Assembly (NCBI GenBank): GCA_050253075.1
Contig: JBFWJS010000001.1
Coordinates: 64,001 to 128,000 of the forward strand
Origin: Deferribacterales bacterium
Lineage (GTDB): Bacteria; Chrysiogenota; Deferribacteres; Deferribacterales; Geovibrionaceae
Length of the DNA: 64,000 nt
Reading direction: 5' to 3'
Both the position numbers and the translations under genes were made by a program. The notes under the pieces are model-generated. The model was not told where the DNA came from and did not search any database. It saw only the letters and a list, made by a program, of their open reading frames with translations. Positions 9,794 through 19,482 of the stretch are shown here, piece by piece. How positions within the stretch are numbered: position 1 is the stretch's first letter; each line of letters starts with the position of its first letter.

Positions 9794-10294
9794 CTATTTT
9801 ACGCTGACGGGGATGCCGGATACCATCAGTATGACCTTATCCGAGATCTCAGCCAGCTGTCTGTTTATTTTTGATAATAGTTTTGCGTACAGGCGGGTAT
9901 CTTTATCCCACGGGATGATCCCCAGCCCCACCTCGTTTGTGACGAGTATGACAGGCTTGTCAGCCTTTGAGAGCTCACCTATGAGCTCGGCGAAATATTT
10001 ATCAGGATCTTTTTTATAATAGATCAGGTTGTTCACCCAGAAGGTGATGCAGTCGATTATCACCGCATCGGCATCTGCCCCGTGAAGGGCGTGCGCCAGC
10101 TCCAGCGGTTCTTCGACGGTGGCGTATGTCTCGTCACGCTCGGCCTTATGCGCTGTGATCTTCGCCTCCATCTCTGCATCTGTGGAGACTGCCGTGGCTA
10201 TATATGCCTTTCGGGGACTGCCTTTGGCAAGGGCGAGAGCGTGCAGAGTCTTGCCTGCTCCTGCGCCGCCGGTTATCATCGTGATATCAGACAC
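9794..10294 (-). CDS. cobU: Adenosylcobinamide kinase / guanylyltransferase
   Basis: ITGG..GKT P-loop, YIATA, IDCITFW, VTNEVGLGI, VSGIP. Confidence 0.93.
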   Translation of the reverse strand: MSDITMITGGAGAGKTLHALALAKGSPRKAYIATAVSTDAEMEAKITAHKAERDETYATVEEPLELAHALHGADADAVIIDCITFWVNNLIYYKKDPDKYFAELIGELSKADKPVILVTNEVGLGIIPWDKDTRLYAKLLSKINRQLAEISDKVILMVSGIPVSVK

Positions 10295-10375
10295 TTTTCC
10301 ATCCTTTCATTTGAGAATAAATAATCATACACCACAATGAAAGACAGTCAACTGTCAGCTTTTAAGCAGAAAGAT

Positions 10376-10732
10376 TTAAGATGCGGCGATGCTCTCTATC
10401 AGTTTGAAAACTTCCGCTGCGGAAATAGGTTTTTTAAGTATAAGGCAGTTGTTGAGAAACTTTGACTGCTCATGAAAGCCCGTAAGGACTATCACAGTCT
10501 GCTTCGGTGCGATGTGCTGTATCTCACGTATCATCTCCACCCCCGACATCACGGGCATGGTGAGGTCTGTTATCACTATATCCGGAGAATGCTCCTTATA
10601 AAGCTGCAGCCCTACAAATCCGTTCTCCGCCTGATAGACCTCGGCAAACTCTTCCTTCAGCTGACGGAAGAGTATCATGCGGGTTATTTCATCATCTTCA
10701 ACATAGAGTATCTTTAGTCCGTTCATTCTCAC
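10376..10732 (-). CDS. Single-domain response regulator (receiver only)
   Basis: YVEDD, ITDLTMP (phospho-Asp), LTG and KP all intact; no output domain. Confidence 0.9.
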   Translation of the reverse strand: MRMNGLKILYVEDDEITRMILFRQLKEEFAEVYQAENGFVGLQLYKEHSPDIVITDLTMPVMSGVEMIREIQHIAPKQTVIVLTGFHEQSKFLNNCLILKKPISAAEVFKLIESIAAS

Positions 10733-10815
10733 ACATCACTATAAAATAATAAAAAAATACAAACACTGACCCCTAAAGTATAACACCTTAAATCAATGAG
10801 GCATCAGAAATAAGC

Positions 10816-11178
10816 CTATGCAGTGTATTCTTTCTTTGTGACCGCCTCGGACTTTACCCTGTCGAGGAGAAGCGCGAGAGCAGGTTTCACATTTTCCCTT
10901 ATATCTCCGCAGACGATGAGGTAAAGCAGATCGTCCCCCGGAACTTTCACTCCGTCCAGCGCCTCGACAACCACTTTATATATCCCTTCCATAGCTTCGA
11001 TATCTTTTATTATTTCTTCTATCTTTGCTCTGTCGGCTTTCACCTCGAGCTTTTCAACCTTTGATTTATCGGCTCTTGCGGTGCCTCTGACCACACCGTT
11101 ATGTATGAGTATCATGCCAACATTTTCAGCGAAATGTTCGTCCTGTTTCAGCTCTGCTATCTTTTTAGAAATATCCAT
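10816..11178 (-). CDS. moaE: Molybdopterin synthase catalytic subunit (short MoaE type)
   Basis: GMILIHNGVVRG, GD.L..IVCGDIRE, DRVK...KKE. Confidence 0.85.
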   Translation of the reverse strand: MDISKKIAELKQDEHFAENVGMILIHNGVVRGTARADKSKVEKLEVKADRAKIEEIIKDIEAMEGIYKVVVEALDGVKVPGDDLLYLIVCGDIRENVKPALALLLDRVKSEAVTKKEYTA

Positions 11179-11342
11179 GACGGACCTCCAATTAGTTATA
11201 CCGATACATTAACAGAATCTCGCCGACTTTTACAAAGATTTTAATTAAATTGTTAATCCACTAATGTGACTAATATTTACTTATAAACAGGGGGTGTTAA
11301 AATAATCTTAAATACATATATTGTTAAACTTAAGGAGGCTAT

Positions 11343-11747
11343 ATGCGACATTTCAATCATTTACTAAAGCCCGTGAGCACATTCTTAGTTATCCTGATGC
11401 TGGCAACAGCAGCGCCCTATCAGGCGGCATACGCTAAAATGATATCCACAGGGGTATCAGCAGACACCCAGCGTGTCGAAACCGCCAGAGACTATATGAG
11501 CACATTCATGGCCAGAGACGATGTCAGGAATGAGCTCGTCAACATGGGCATTTCACCTGATGAAGCCACAGAGAGAGTGGCTGCACTCAGCGATGCGGAG
11601 ATAGTGTCCCTGTCTGATACCATTCAGGAATCACCCGCAGGAGCAGGAGCAGTGGGCGTTGTAGTCGGCGCAGCTCTGATAGTATTCCTTGTTCTGCTGG
11701 TAACAGACATACTGGGCTATACAAAGGTATACCCTTTTACTAAGTGA
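11343..11747 (+). CDS. PA2779-family secreted protein
   Basis: Signal peptide (..AYA-KMIST), LVNMGISP..A.ERVAALSDAE core, PAGA followed by hydrophobic tail ..LLVTDILG; RBS AAGGAGG. Confidence 0.8.
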   Translation: MRHFNHLLKPVSTFLVILMLATAAPYQAAYAKMISTGVSADTQRVETARDYMSTFMARDDVRNELVNMGISPDEATERVAALSDAEIVSLSDTIQESPAGAGAVGVVVGAALIVFLVLLVTDILGYTKVYPFTK

Positions 11748-12676
11748 AATCTAAAAACATTTTAATAACAGCTGTCATGGCCGCCCTGCTTTTAACGGCA
11801 GGGTGCGCCCGTGTCAGCAAAGAATGGCTCGACCTCGAAAAGAGCACCGAACACGAAAGGATCGCATTCAGCGTTCCATTTTTCGCTCAGGACGAATACC
11901 AGTGCGGACCTGCCGCTATGGCTATGGTGCTGAACGATAAAGGTCTGCTCGTCACACCGGAAGAGCTGAAGCCCGTCATATACACCCCATCCAAAAACGG
12001 CTCGCTACAGTCCGCCATGATATCCGGCGCACGCAGGTATGATATGGTTCCTTATGTATTTTACGGTCCTGAGACGCTCCTTTCGGGGCTGAAGGAAGGG
12101 ATACCGTCCATTGTCCTGCTGAATTTGGGTCTGGGGATACACCCTGTGTGGCACTATGCCGTGGTGCTGGGGATAGATTTCGAGAGCAAAGAGATAATAA
12201 TGCACTCCGGCACAAAGCAGTACGACACAATGAAGCTCGCCACATTTGATAAAACATGGGCAAGGTCGAACTACTGGGGGCTGTTTGTCCTGGAGCCGGG
12301 TGAAATCCCCGCAAAGGCCGACCCTCTGAGGTATGTGCAGACAGTTTCCGCATTTGAAAACACAGGTAAGACAGGCACCGCGCTCCGATCGTATAAAGCA
12401 GCCTATGAAAGATGGCAGGACGATCCGTTTGTCATGCTCGGTCTGGCAAATGCATACTATGCCATGAAAGACCTGCACTCCGCTGAAAATGTGCTGGCAG
12501 ACGCCGCCGCTAAACATCCCGAAAACGGCGAGATACTTAACAACTATGCATACGTCCTGTTCCTGAACGGCAAGCACGATAAAGCCGAAGAATATGCACG
12601 TAAAGCAGTTGCCCTCGGCGGAAAGCACCTGAAAGATTATAAAGACACATTAAATGAGATCATCTCCAATAAGTAG
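11744..12676 (+). CDS. PA2778-family C39 cysteine peptidase lipoprotein with C-terminal TPRs
   Basis: Lipobox LTAGC, VPFFAQ..YQCGPA (catalytic Cys), WHYAVV (His), TPR helices (LGLANAYY, NNYAYVL); GTGA overlap with upstream gene. Confidence 0.85.
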   Translation: MKSKNILITAVMAALLLTAGCARVSKEWLDLEKSTEHERIAFSVPFFAQDEYQCGPAAMAMVLNDKGLLVTPEELKPVIYTPSKNGSLQSAMISGARRYDMVPYVFYGPETLLSGLKEGIPSIVLLNLGLGIHPVWHYAVVLGIDFESKEIIMHSGTKQYDTMKLATFDKTWARSNYWGLFVLEPGEIPAKADPLRYVQTVSAFENTGKTGTALRSYKAAYERWQDDPFVMLGLANAYYAMKDLHSAENVLADAAAKHPENGEILNNYAYVLFLNGKHDKAEEYARKAVALGGKHLKDYKDTLNEIISNK

Positions 12677-12755
12677 CAGTTGCCCTATTCCGCATATTAT
12701 TGTTTAATAACCGTTAACATGAATCAATTATATTCAAAATGTCAAGGCGACCAGT

Positions 12756-15398
12756 ATGTTAAACAACATTAGCGCAAAGAATAAAACAATGGCCTTTGTT
12801 ACGGTTCTGCTTATGGCATTTTCCGCCATACTCATGTGGACCATATATACCGACCAGAAAGAGAAGCTGCTCGCCATGGAAAGCAGCTACTACGACAATA
12901 TCAAAAACTCATACGAAAAAGTGATCGAAAGACACAAAGAATTCTATACAAACAGAGCAAAAGCAAACATCACGTCAGAAGGCATAATCGAAGCCGTTAA
13001 AAACAAAGACAGAGAATCACTCATGCGCCTTTCACAGGGGCGGTGGAGCACTCTCCGCAGGGAAAACGAATACCTGAAAGTGATGCACTTCCATGCGGCA
13101 GACGGCACATCAATAGTGCGCATGCATAAGCCCGACATGTACGGCGACAGGGTGGCAGACATACGCCCTATGATAGCTAAAGTGCACAGGGATAAAGAGC
13201 CTCTCTACGGATTCGAAGGCGGTTTATTCTACCTAGCCTACCGCACTATTATGCCTATCTACGACGGCAATGAATATGTCGGTGCGCTGGAGTTCGGCTC
13301 CCGTCCGGACGTCATACTCAGCGAGATGAAGTATTATAACAACCTCTCCGGTGCGCTCTTCATCTCGAATCAGAAGCTGACCCTTTACAAAGAGAACAGA
13401 GACTTCAACATAGGCGACTATACTCTGCAGTACTCTAATATGATAGAACCACGCCTCCTGCGAAACCTGAAAGAGGACGGCTATGCATTCCAGAACTTCT
13501 ATCACATTCATTTATACGGCGAGGCGTACAACATATATTCGCTCGATATGAAAAACTACGAAGGCGAAATAGTCGGCAAGACCATACTCGTACACGACAT
13601 GACAGCCATGGAAAAGAATTTTCAGCACGGGATGAAAAGGCTCGGCGGGTTCCTCATCGCTTTGCTTGTCATGCTGCTCCTGGTGATAAACCTCGGCTTT
13701 AAAAAGATAATATCCACACTGGATAAGACAAACAAAGACCTGAATAACAACAGGCAGTTCCTGCATCTGATACTGGACAATACAGCCCACGCCGTCATAG
13801 CCACAAAGCCCGACGGAACGATCACCCTCTTTAACAAACGAGCAGAAGCCATGCTCGGCTATGCCGAAGAAGAGATGGTGGGGAAAACAACTCCGCTGAA
13901 ATTTCATAAATCCGAAGAGCTTATATCCAGAGCTAAAGCCATGAGCATAGAGCTCGGACGTGAGGTCACGCCTGATTTCGACATTATAAAAACAAGTGCC
14001 GAGGAAGAGACCGACGACGAGTGGACATATGTATCCAGAGACGGATACGAATTCCCCGTCAGCCTCAGCATATCCCCTATGGAGGATGAGAACGGCGAGA
14101 TCACAGGCTATGTGGGCATATCCGAAGACATCTGTCTGAAAAAGATAATGGAATCAAAACTGATAAAGCAGAAGGACGAGCTCGAAGCTATATTCCACAC
14201 ATCCAGAGACGGCATAGCCATAATGGATCTGGAAACAAACTTCGTGTTCTTTAACAGCTCCTACGAGCGCCTCACGGGATACACTGCATCAGAGCTGAAA
14301 AAGCTGAGCTGCCTCGACCTGACCCACCCTGACGATGTGGAAACATCAAAAGAGGCCGTGGCAGAGATATACGAGACAGGCTTCCTCGAAAACTTTGAAA
14401 AAAGATGCCTGCGCAAAGACGGCAGAATACTCAATGTAAGCATGACATTCGTACTGATGCCTGATAAGAAGCACTTCCTCACCACCACAAACGACATAAC
14501 CGCAGCCAAAAAGGCTGAAAAACAGCTTAACGAATACATGGAGCTTCTGGATAAACACACAATAGCCTCCACAGTGGACATAAACGGCGACTTCACCTAT
14601 GTTTCTCAGGGATTAAGCGATGTTTCAGGATATTCCAAAACTGAACTTCTGGGGAAAAATCACCGTATGCTCCGCCACCCTGACATCACCGAAGAATTCA
14701 TACAGCACGTGCTGGACACCATCCACGCAGGGCGTGTCTGGATAGGCGAGCTGAAAAACATCACAAAAGAAGGTAAGACATACTGGACAGACGCATACCT
14801 CTCGGCGATACTCAGCGAAGAGGGTGAAATAGTCGGCTATACCTCTATATCCCACGACATCACCGACAAAAAACGCATTGAGCAGATATCCGTGACAGAC
14901 GGACTGACAGGCATCTTCAACCGCAGGCACTTCAACGATATGTTCCCTAAATACGTCAATTCGGCAAAACGTCAGAACAGCCTGATGAACTTCATCATAT
15001 TCGACATAGACCACTTTAAGCAGTACAACGACCACTACGGGCACCAGATGGGTGATGAAGCACTGATAAAAGTTGCAAAAGCTCTGCAGGCATCCGTACA
15101 GCGTGCAGACGACATCTGCTTCCGACTTGGCGGAGAGGAATTCGGCGTACTTTATAAAACAAAGACAGTTCAGGACGCCATAGACATAGCAGAGCGCATC
15201 CGCAAAGACATCGAAAACACGGCTATCCCCCACGCACACAGCGCAACGGCCGACGTTGTCACCGTATCCGTAGGTCTGATATGCAGTGTTGCCGAAGATA
15301 TCGAATGCACCGACAAGCTATACGCCGAAGCAGACAAACTGCTCTATGCCGCCAAAGACAGAGGCAGAAACCGCGTAGAATTCAGCACTCCATATTAA
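12756..15398 (+). CDS. Membrane diguanylate cyclase (Cache-type sensor, 3 PAS, GGDEF)
   Basis: Two TM segments flanking a periplasmic domain; PAS/PAC motifs; DGLTGIFNRR, DIDHFKQYND.YGH, RADD I-site, GGEEF. Confidence 0.95.
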   Translation: MLNNISAKNKTMAFVTVLLMAFSAILMWTIYTDQKEKLLAMESSYYDNIKNSYEKVIERHKEFYTNRAKANITSEGIIEAVKNKDRESLMRLSQGRWSTLRRENEYLKVMHFHAADGTSIVRMHKPDMYGDRVADIRPMIAKVHRDKEPLYGFEGGLFYLAYRTIMPIYDGNEYVGALEFGSRPDVILSEMKYYNNLSGALFISNQKLTLYKENRDFNIGDYTLQYSNMIEPRLLRNLKEDGYAFQNFYHIHLYGEAYNIYSLDMKNYEGEIVGKTILVHDMTAMEKNFQHGMKRLGGFLIALLVMLLLVINLGFKKIISTLDKTNKDLNNNRQFLHLILDNTAHAVIATKPDGTITLFNKRAEAMLGYAEEEMVGKTTPLKFHKSEELISRAKAMSIELGREVTPDFDIIKTSAEEETDDEWTYVSRDGYEFPVSLSISPMEDENGEITGYVGISEDICLKKIMESKLIKQKDELEAIFHTSRDGIAIMDLETNFVFFNSSYERLTGYTASELKKLSCLDLTHPDDVETSKEAVAEIYETGFLENFEKRCLRKDGRILNVSMTFVLMPDKKHFLTTTNDITAAKKAEKQLNEYMELLDKHTIASTVDINGDFTYVSQGLSDVSGYSKTELLGKNHRMLRHPDITEEFIQHVLDTIHAGRVWIGELKNITKEGKTYWTDAYLSAILSEEGEIVGYTSISHDITDKKRIEQISVTDGLTGIFNRRHFNDMFPKYVNSAKRQNSLMNFIIFDIDHFKQYNDHYGHQMGDEALIKVAKALQASVQRADDICFRLGGEEFGVLYKTKTVQDAIDIAERIRKDIENTAIPHAHSATADVVTVSVGLICSVAEDIECTDKLYAEADKLLYAAKDRGRNRVEFSTPY

Positions 15399-15435
15399 TT
15401 TTATCCCTATGCTCTAAGCACTTACAACTCTTCTA

Positions 15436-15463
15436 TTGAATTAGTACTAACTAGTACTATATT
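15436..15463 (+). promoter_or_regulatory. Putative sigma70 promoter with overlapping palindromic operator for the MarR-pirin operon
   Basis: TTGAAT-16 nt-TATATT; the spacer carries TAGTACTA-AC-TAGTACTA (15442-15459), two palindromic half-sites. Confidence 0.6.
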
Positions 15464-15481
15464 TAACATCGGAGGCTGACA

Positions 15482-15940
15482 ATGAGAAAAGAACGAATTT
15501 CATACGGCGAACAGGCAGACATGTCTATGAGAACATGGATAGAGATATCCAGAGCTTTCATCGCCATCAGACATAAAGAGACGGAATACTTTGAGTCTAA
15601 AGGGCTCACGATGCACCAGTTCGCCGTGATGGAGGCTCTGTACCATGTTGGGCCGCTGTCCATAGGCGAGCTGACAAAGCTGATACTCTCCACACCGGGG
15701 AGCATGACCGTGATAATCAAAAATCTGAAAAAGAAAGGATACATAGAGCCTAATCAGCAGGAAGCAGACAAGAGGAAGATCATTCTGAAGCTGACAGAAA
15801 CAGGTCAGAAGCTGATCGCCGACGTATTTCCCAAACATGCGGAAAATATGGCGGGCTACTTCAGCCGTCTGAACGCAGACGAGCAGAAGACACTGCAGGA
15901 GCTCATGCGGAAACTTTCCAAAGCAAACAGGAGCATATAA
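15482..15940 (+). CDS. MarR-family transcriptional regulator
   Basis: GLT..QFAVMEAL...GP, wHTH, DKR...LKLTETG. Confidence 0.93.
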   Translation: MRKERISYGEQADMSMRTWIEISRAFIAIRHKETEYFESKGLTMHQFAVMEALYHVGPLSIGELTKLILSTPGSMTVIIKNLKKKGYIEPNQQEADKRKIILKLTETGQKLIADVFPKHAENMAGYFSRLNADEQKTLQELMRKLSKANRSI

Positions 15941-16641
15941 TGAAAACAAATATACACAGATCAGAAGAAAGAGGCAAAGGCGACCACGGCTGGCTTAAGT
16001 CCAGCTTCAGCTACAGCTTCGCCGATTATTACAACCCCGAACGGATGGGCTTTGGCGCACTCCGTGTCGTCAACGACGACGACATCGCAAAGGGGAGCGG
16101 ATTCCCCATGCACCCCCATGCAAATATGGAGATAGTGACAGTCGTCCTCGAGGGCGAACTGGAGCATAAAGACAGTATGGGCAACGGCTCTGTGATCTCC
16201 GCAGGCGAGGTTCAGCGGATGAGCGCAGGAAGAGGCATCAGGCACTCAGAGTGGAATCCATCGGAGACAAACTCCGTAAAGCTCTTCCAGATATGGATAC
16301 ACACCAGAGACAAAGACATCACCCCCGAATACGACCAGACAGCCGTAGACTATCAGGGGCGTAAGGGCGAGCTGATAACCCTCGTCTCAGGCGATGCAGA
16401 CGAAGAAGGGATGACATTTCATCAGGACGCATGGATGAAAAGGGGCATAATCTCCGAAAAAACTGAATATAAACTGCACGACAAAGCAAACGGACTGTTC
16501 ATCATGATAGTAAAAGGGAGCGCAGAGGCTGCGGGCGAACTGCTGAACGAAAGGGACAGCATAGAGATAACCGGGGCAGACAGCGTGACCATATCGCCAA
16601 AGGGCGAGGCAGATATTCTGCTGATAGAAGTGCCTTTATAA
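15940..16641 (+). CDS. Pirin-family protein (YhhW-like)
   Basis: HGWL.S.FSYSFA.YY, LRVVNDD, HPH.NMEI, HKDSMGN, MSAG.GI.HSE, QIW. Confidence 0.95.
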   Translation: MKTNIHRSEERGKGDHGWLKSSFSYSFADYYNPERMGFGALRVVNDDDIAKGSGFPMHPHANMEIVTVVLEGELEHKDSMGNGSVISAGEVQRMSAGRGIRHSEWNPSETNSVKLFQIWIHTRDKDITPEYDQTAVDYQGRKGELITLVSGDADEEGMTFHQDAWMKRGIISEKTEYKLHDKANGLFIMIVKGSAEAAGELLNERDSIEITGADSVTISPKGEADILLIEVPL

Positions 16642-16650
16642 AACAGATAA

Positions 16651-16711
16651 GTCATTCTGAGTGAGCGAAGAATCTGATATTTACAGCTCCTTCGATATCG
16701 CTCAGGATGGC
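16651..16711 (+). repeat. REP-like palindromic element (GTCATTCTGAG family)
   Basis: GTCATTCTGAG...GAAGAATCTG / CAGCTCCTTCG...CTCAGGATGGC imperfect inverted arms; same family as 50873-51101 and 63684-63861; followed by T-rich tract. Confidence 0.7.
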
Positions 16712-16847
16712 TTTTATTTATCCTTTTTATCCATTCTAAATGTCATTTTTTCAAAACTTGTAAACCCAACTGTATTATGCTAGAAACTTATTTAGTTTAT
16801 TGTTAAACACAATAATCTGTATTAAAAATTTCATTCAGGAGAGATCC

Positions 16848-18149
16848 ATGAGCAAATCGGCTTTTGATCTTAACGGAACTCCTCCTCTGAAAGAGGCCGT
16901 TCCATTAGGTCTTCAGCATGTTCTTGCTATGTTCGTGGGGAATATCACCCCGATCATCATCATAGCAGGCGTCCTGAAGATCCCTATGGAGGAAAAAACT
17001 TTCCTCATCCAGTGCGCAATGTTCGCATCAGGCATCTCGACCCTCGTACAGGCATATCCGATCGGCCCGATAGGGGCTAGGCTCCCCATCGTACAGGGTA
17101 CCAGCTTCGGATTCGTACCTACATCCATAGCAATAGGCAAGGCTCACGGTCTTTCCGGCATACTCGGAGCAGCGCTCATCGGCGGTATCGTAGAGATATT
17201 CCTCGGCGCATTCCTCAGACCTCTGAGAAAGCTCTTCCCCCCTGTTGTGACAGGTACAGTACTGCTGTCTATAGGACTTTCCCTCCTTCCTGTGGGTATA
17301 AACTACCTCGCAGGCGGGGTAAAAGCTCCCGACTTCGGCTCTGCGAGCAACCTTGCTCTCGGATTCATCGTACTGATAACGATACTGTTCTGCAAACAGT
17401 TCACCAAAGGAATGACAAGCGTATCCTCCATCCTGATAGGTATAGTGGTGGGATATGTCGCGGCATTCTTCATGGGTAAGCTGAACTTCGCAGGTGTGGC
17501 AAGCGCATCATACTTCAGCTTTCCTTCGCCTTTCCACTACGGCTTTGCGTTCCACTGGGATGCGATAATAGCCATGTGCCTTATGTATGTGGTGACAACA
17601 GTCGAAACAGTGGGCGACATCAGCGGTGTCACAATGGGCGGTATGAACCGTGAAGCAACAGACAAAGAGCTCGCAGGCGGTGTCATAGCCGACGGTGTGG
17701 GCAGTATGTTTGCGGCATGTTTCAACGCACTGCCGAACACATCATTCAGCCAGAACGTGGGCATAGTAGCCCTCACAAAGGTGACAAGCAGATATGTAGT
17801 AGCTGTCGGAGCGGTCATCCTCGTTGTCAGCGGTCTCGTGCCTAAATTCGGCGCGATATTCGCCATGATACCAAACAGCGTGCTCGGCGGAGCGATGGTC
17901 ATCGTATTCTCCATGATAGCCGTCAGCGGTATGACACTCATCACAAAAGAGAAAATGTGCAGCAAAAACAGCATCATCGTTGCCGTTGCACTCGGTCTCG
18001 GCTTCGGTCTCGGCTCTGTGCCCGAGGCTCTTAAAATATTCCCCGAAGGGGTAAAGATGATATTCGGCGGTTCGGGTATCGTTGTCACAGGTATCATAGC
18101 ACTCGTTATGAACCTCATAATTCCTGCGGAAAAAACAGAAGACAAGTAA
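16848..18149 (+). CDS. NCS2 / nucleobase:cation symporter (xanthine/uric acid permease family)
   Basis: GLQHVLAMF, LPIVQGTSF, PPVVTG, ETVGD, TSFSQNVG signature; start at MSKSAF with RBS AGGAG. Confidence 0.95.
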   Translation: MSKSAFDLNGTPPLKEAVPLGLQHVLAMFVGNITPIIIIAGVLKIPMEEKTFLIQCAMFASGISTLVQAYPIGPIGARLPIVQGTSFGFVPTSIAIGKAHGLSGILGAALIGGIVEIFLGAFLRPLRKLFPPVVTGTVLLSIGLSLLPVGINYLAGGVKAPDFGSASNLALGFIVLITILFCKQFTKGMTSVSSILIGIVVGYVAAFFMGKLNFAGVASASYFSFPSPFHYGFAFHWDAIIAMCLMYVVTTVETVGDISGVTMGGMNREATDKELAGGVIADGVGSMFAACFNALPNTSFSQNVGIVALTKVTSRYVVAVGAVILVVSGLVPKFGAIFAMIPNSVLGGAMVIVFSMIAVSGMTLITKEKMCSKNSIIVAVALGLGFGLGSVPEALKIFPEGVKMIFGGSGIVVTGIIALVMNLIIPAEKTEDK

Positions 18150-18157
18150 ATAACATA

Positions 18158-18190
18158 AAGCCCCTGTCCGTGTGGCGGGGGCTTCTCTTA
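18158..18190 (+). terminator. Intrinsic terminator-like hairpin after the permease
   Basis: AAGCCCCTG...GGGGGCTT stem followed by pyrimidine tract. Confidence 0.65.
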
Positions 18191-18251
18191 TTGCCTCAAT
18201 CCTCCTTTCGATATATTATAAAATTTCCCACAAAATTTACGGATATTAATT

Positions 18252-19040
18252 ATGATGATGAACATTGAAAAATATGTCCGTGTCTCCTCCCTGAAAGAGG
18301 CGCACGGCATACTGAAAAGCGAGAAAGGCGCATGTGTCCTCGGCGGATGCGGCTACCTCCGTATGGGTCGGAAGAAGATCACCACGGCGATAGACCTCAC
18401 AGACCTCGGGCTCTCTTATATCAGAGAGACATCAAACGCCATAGACATCGGCGCTATGACGCCTCTGCGTGACATAGAGACCAGTACCCTGCTGGAAGAA
18501 ACATTCGGCTCTGCCCTGCGTGTATGCACAGAAGGCATTGTCGGCATACAGCTCAGGAATGTCGTCACCATAGGCGGTACGGTAGCGGGGAGATATCCGT
18601 TCTCTGACGTTATCCCCGTGCTGATGGCTCTGGGTGCGAGGGTGCACATATCCGAAAGCGAGACAATGGACATCGAAAAATATATGGAAGCAAAATCCGT
18701 AGAAGGAATAATCACAAAGATATCTATACCGAAAGACGGACAGGTGGCGCACTTCACCTCTGTCAGAAATTCTGAGACAGACTATGCCGTGCTCAACTGC
18801 GCAGTATCACTGAAACAGGGGGAATACTCGATATTTGTCGGGGCCCGCCCGCAGAGATCAGTGCGTGCAGTCGAAGCGGAAAAGATAATAAACAGCGGAC
18901 GCAGCCTCGAGCAGGCAGGCGCAGCAGCAGCGGAAGAGCTGACCTTCGGAGATAATACCCGAGGCTCGGCGGCATACCGCAAGGCACTGTGCAAAACACT
19001 GGTCAAGCGTGCCATAGAGGGGGTTATCCATGCAATTTAA
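18252..19040 (+). CDS. Mo-hydroxylase FAD-binding subunit (YgfM/XdhB-like)
   Basis: LGGCGYL, IGAMTPL, IQLRNVVTIGG, FGDNTRGSAAYR. Confidence 0.9.
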   Translation: MMMNIEKYVRVSSLKEAHGILKSEKGACVLGGCGYLRMGRKKITTAIDLTDLGLSYIRETSNAIDIGAMTPLRDIETSTLLEETFGSALRVCTEGIVGIQLRNVVTIGGTVAGRYPFSDVIPVLMALGARVHISESETMDIEKYMEAKSVEGIITKISIPKDGQVAHFTSVRNSETDYAVLNCAVSLKQGEYSIFVGARPQRSVRAVEAEKIINSGRSLEQAGAAAAEELTFGDNTRGSAAYRKALCKTLVKRAIEGVIHAI

Positions 19041-19482
19041 CGTAAGGATAAACGGACGTGAACAAACCCTCATATGCGAAGCGGGCGAACAGCTCAGCAC
19101 CGTGCTCCGCAGATACGGATACATCGGGCTGAAAGAAGGCTGCGACACAGGCTCTTGCGGTCTGTGCACCGTATGGCTGGACGAACGCCCCGTTCTCTCC
19201 TGCTGTATACCTGCTGCCCGTGCAGACGGACGTGACATCACCACCATCGAAGGCGTACAGGCGGAAGCAGAGGAATTCGCAAAATATATGGTGGCAGAGG
19301 GCGCAGAGCAGTGCGGATACTGCTCACCCGGATACACCATGACGGTGCTCGCACTTAAACGTGAGCTCACCGACCCCACAGACGAAGAGATCCGCCATTA
19401 CCTCTCGGGCAATCTGTGCAGATGCTCGGGATACGAAGGGCAGGTGCGTGCCGTGAGAAACTATCTGGAGGCCTCGAAATGA
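19030..19482 (+). CDS. Mo-hydroxylase 2x[2Fe-2S] subunit
   Basis: GCDTGSCGLCTV..SC, TTIEG, QCGYCSPG, GNLCRCSGY. Confidence 0.95.
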   Translation: MQFNVRINGREQTLICEAGEQLSTVLRRYGYIGLKEGCDTGSCGLCTVWLDERPVLSCCIPAARADGRDITTIEGVQAEAEEFAKYMVAEGAEQCGYCSPGYTMTVLALKRELTDPTDEEIRHYLSGNLCRCSGYEGQVRAVRNYLEASK

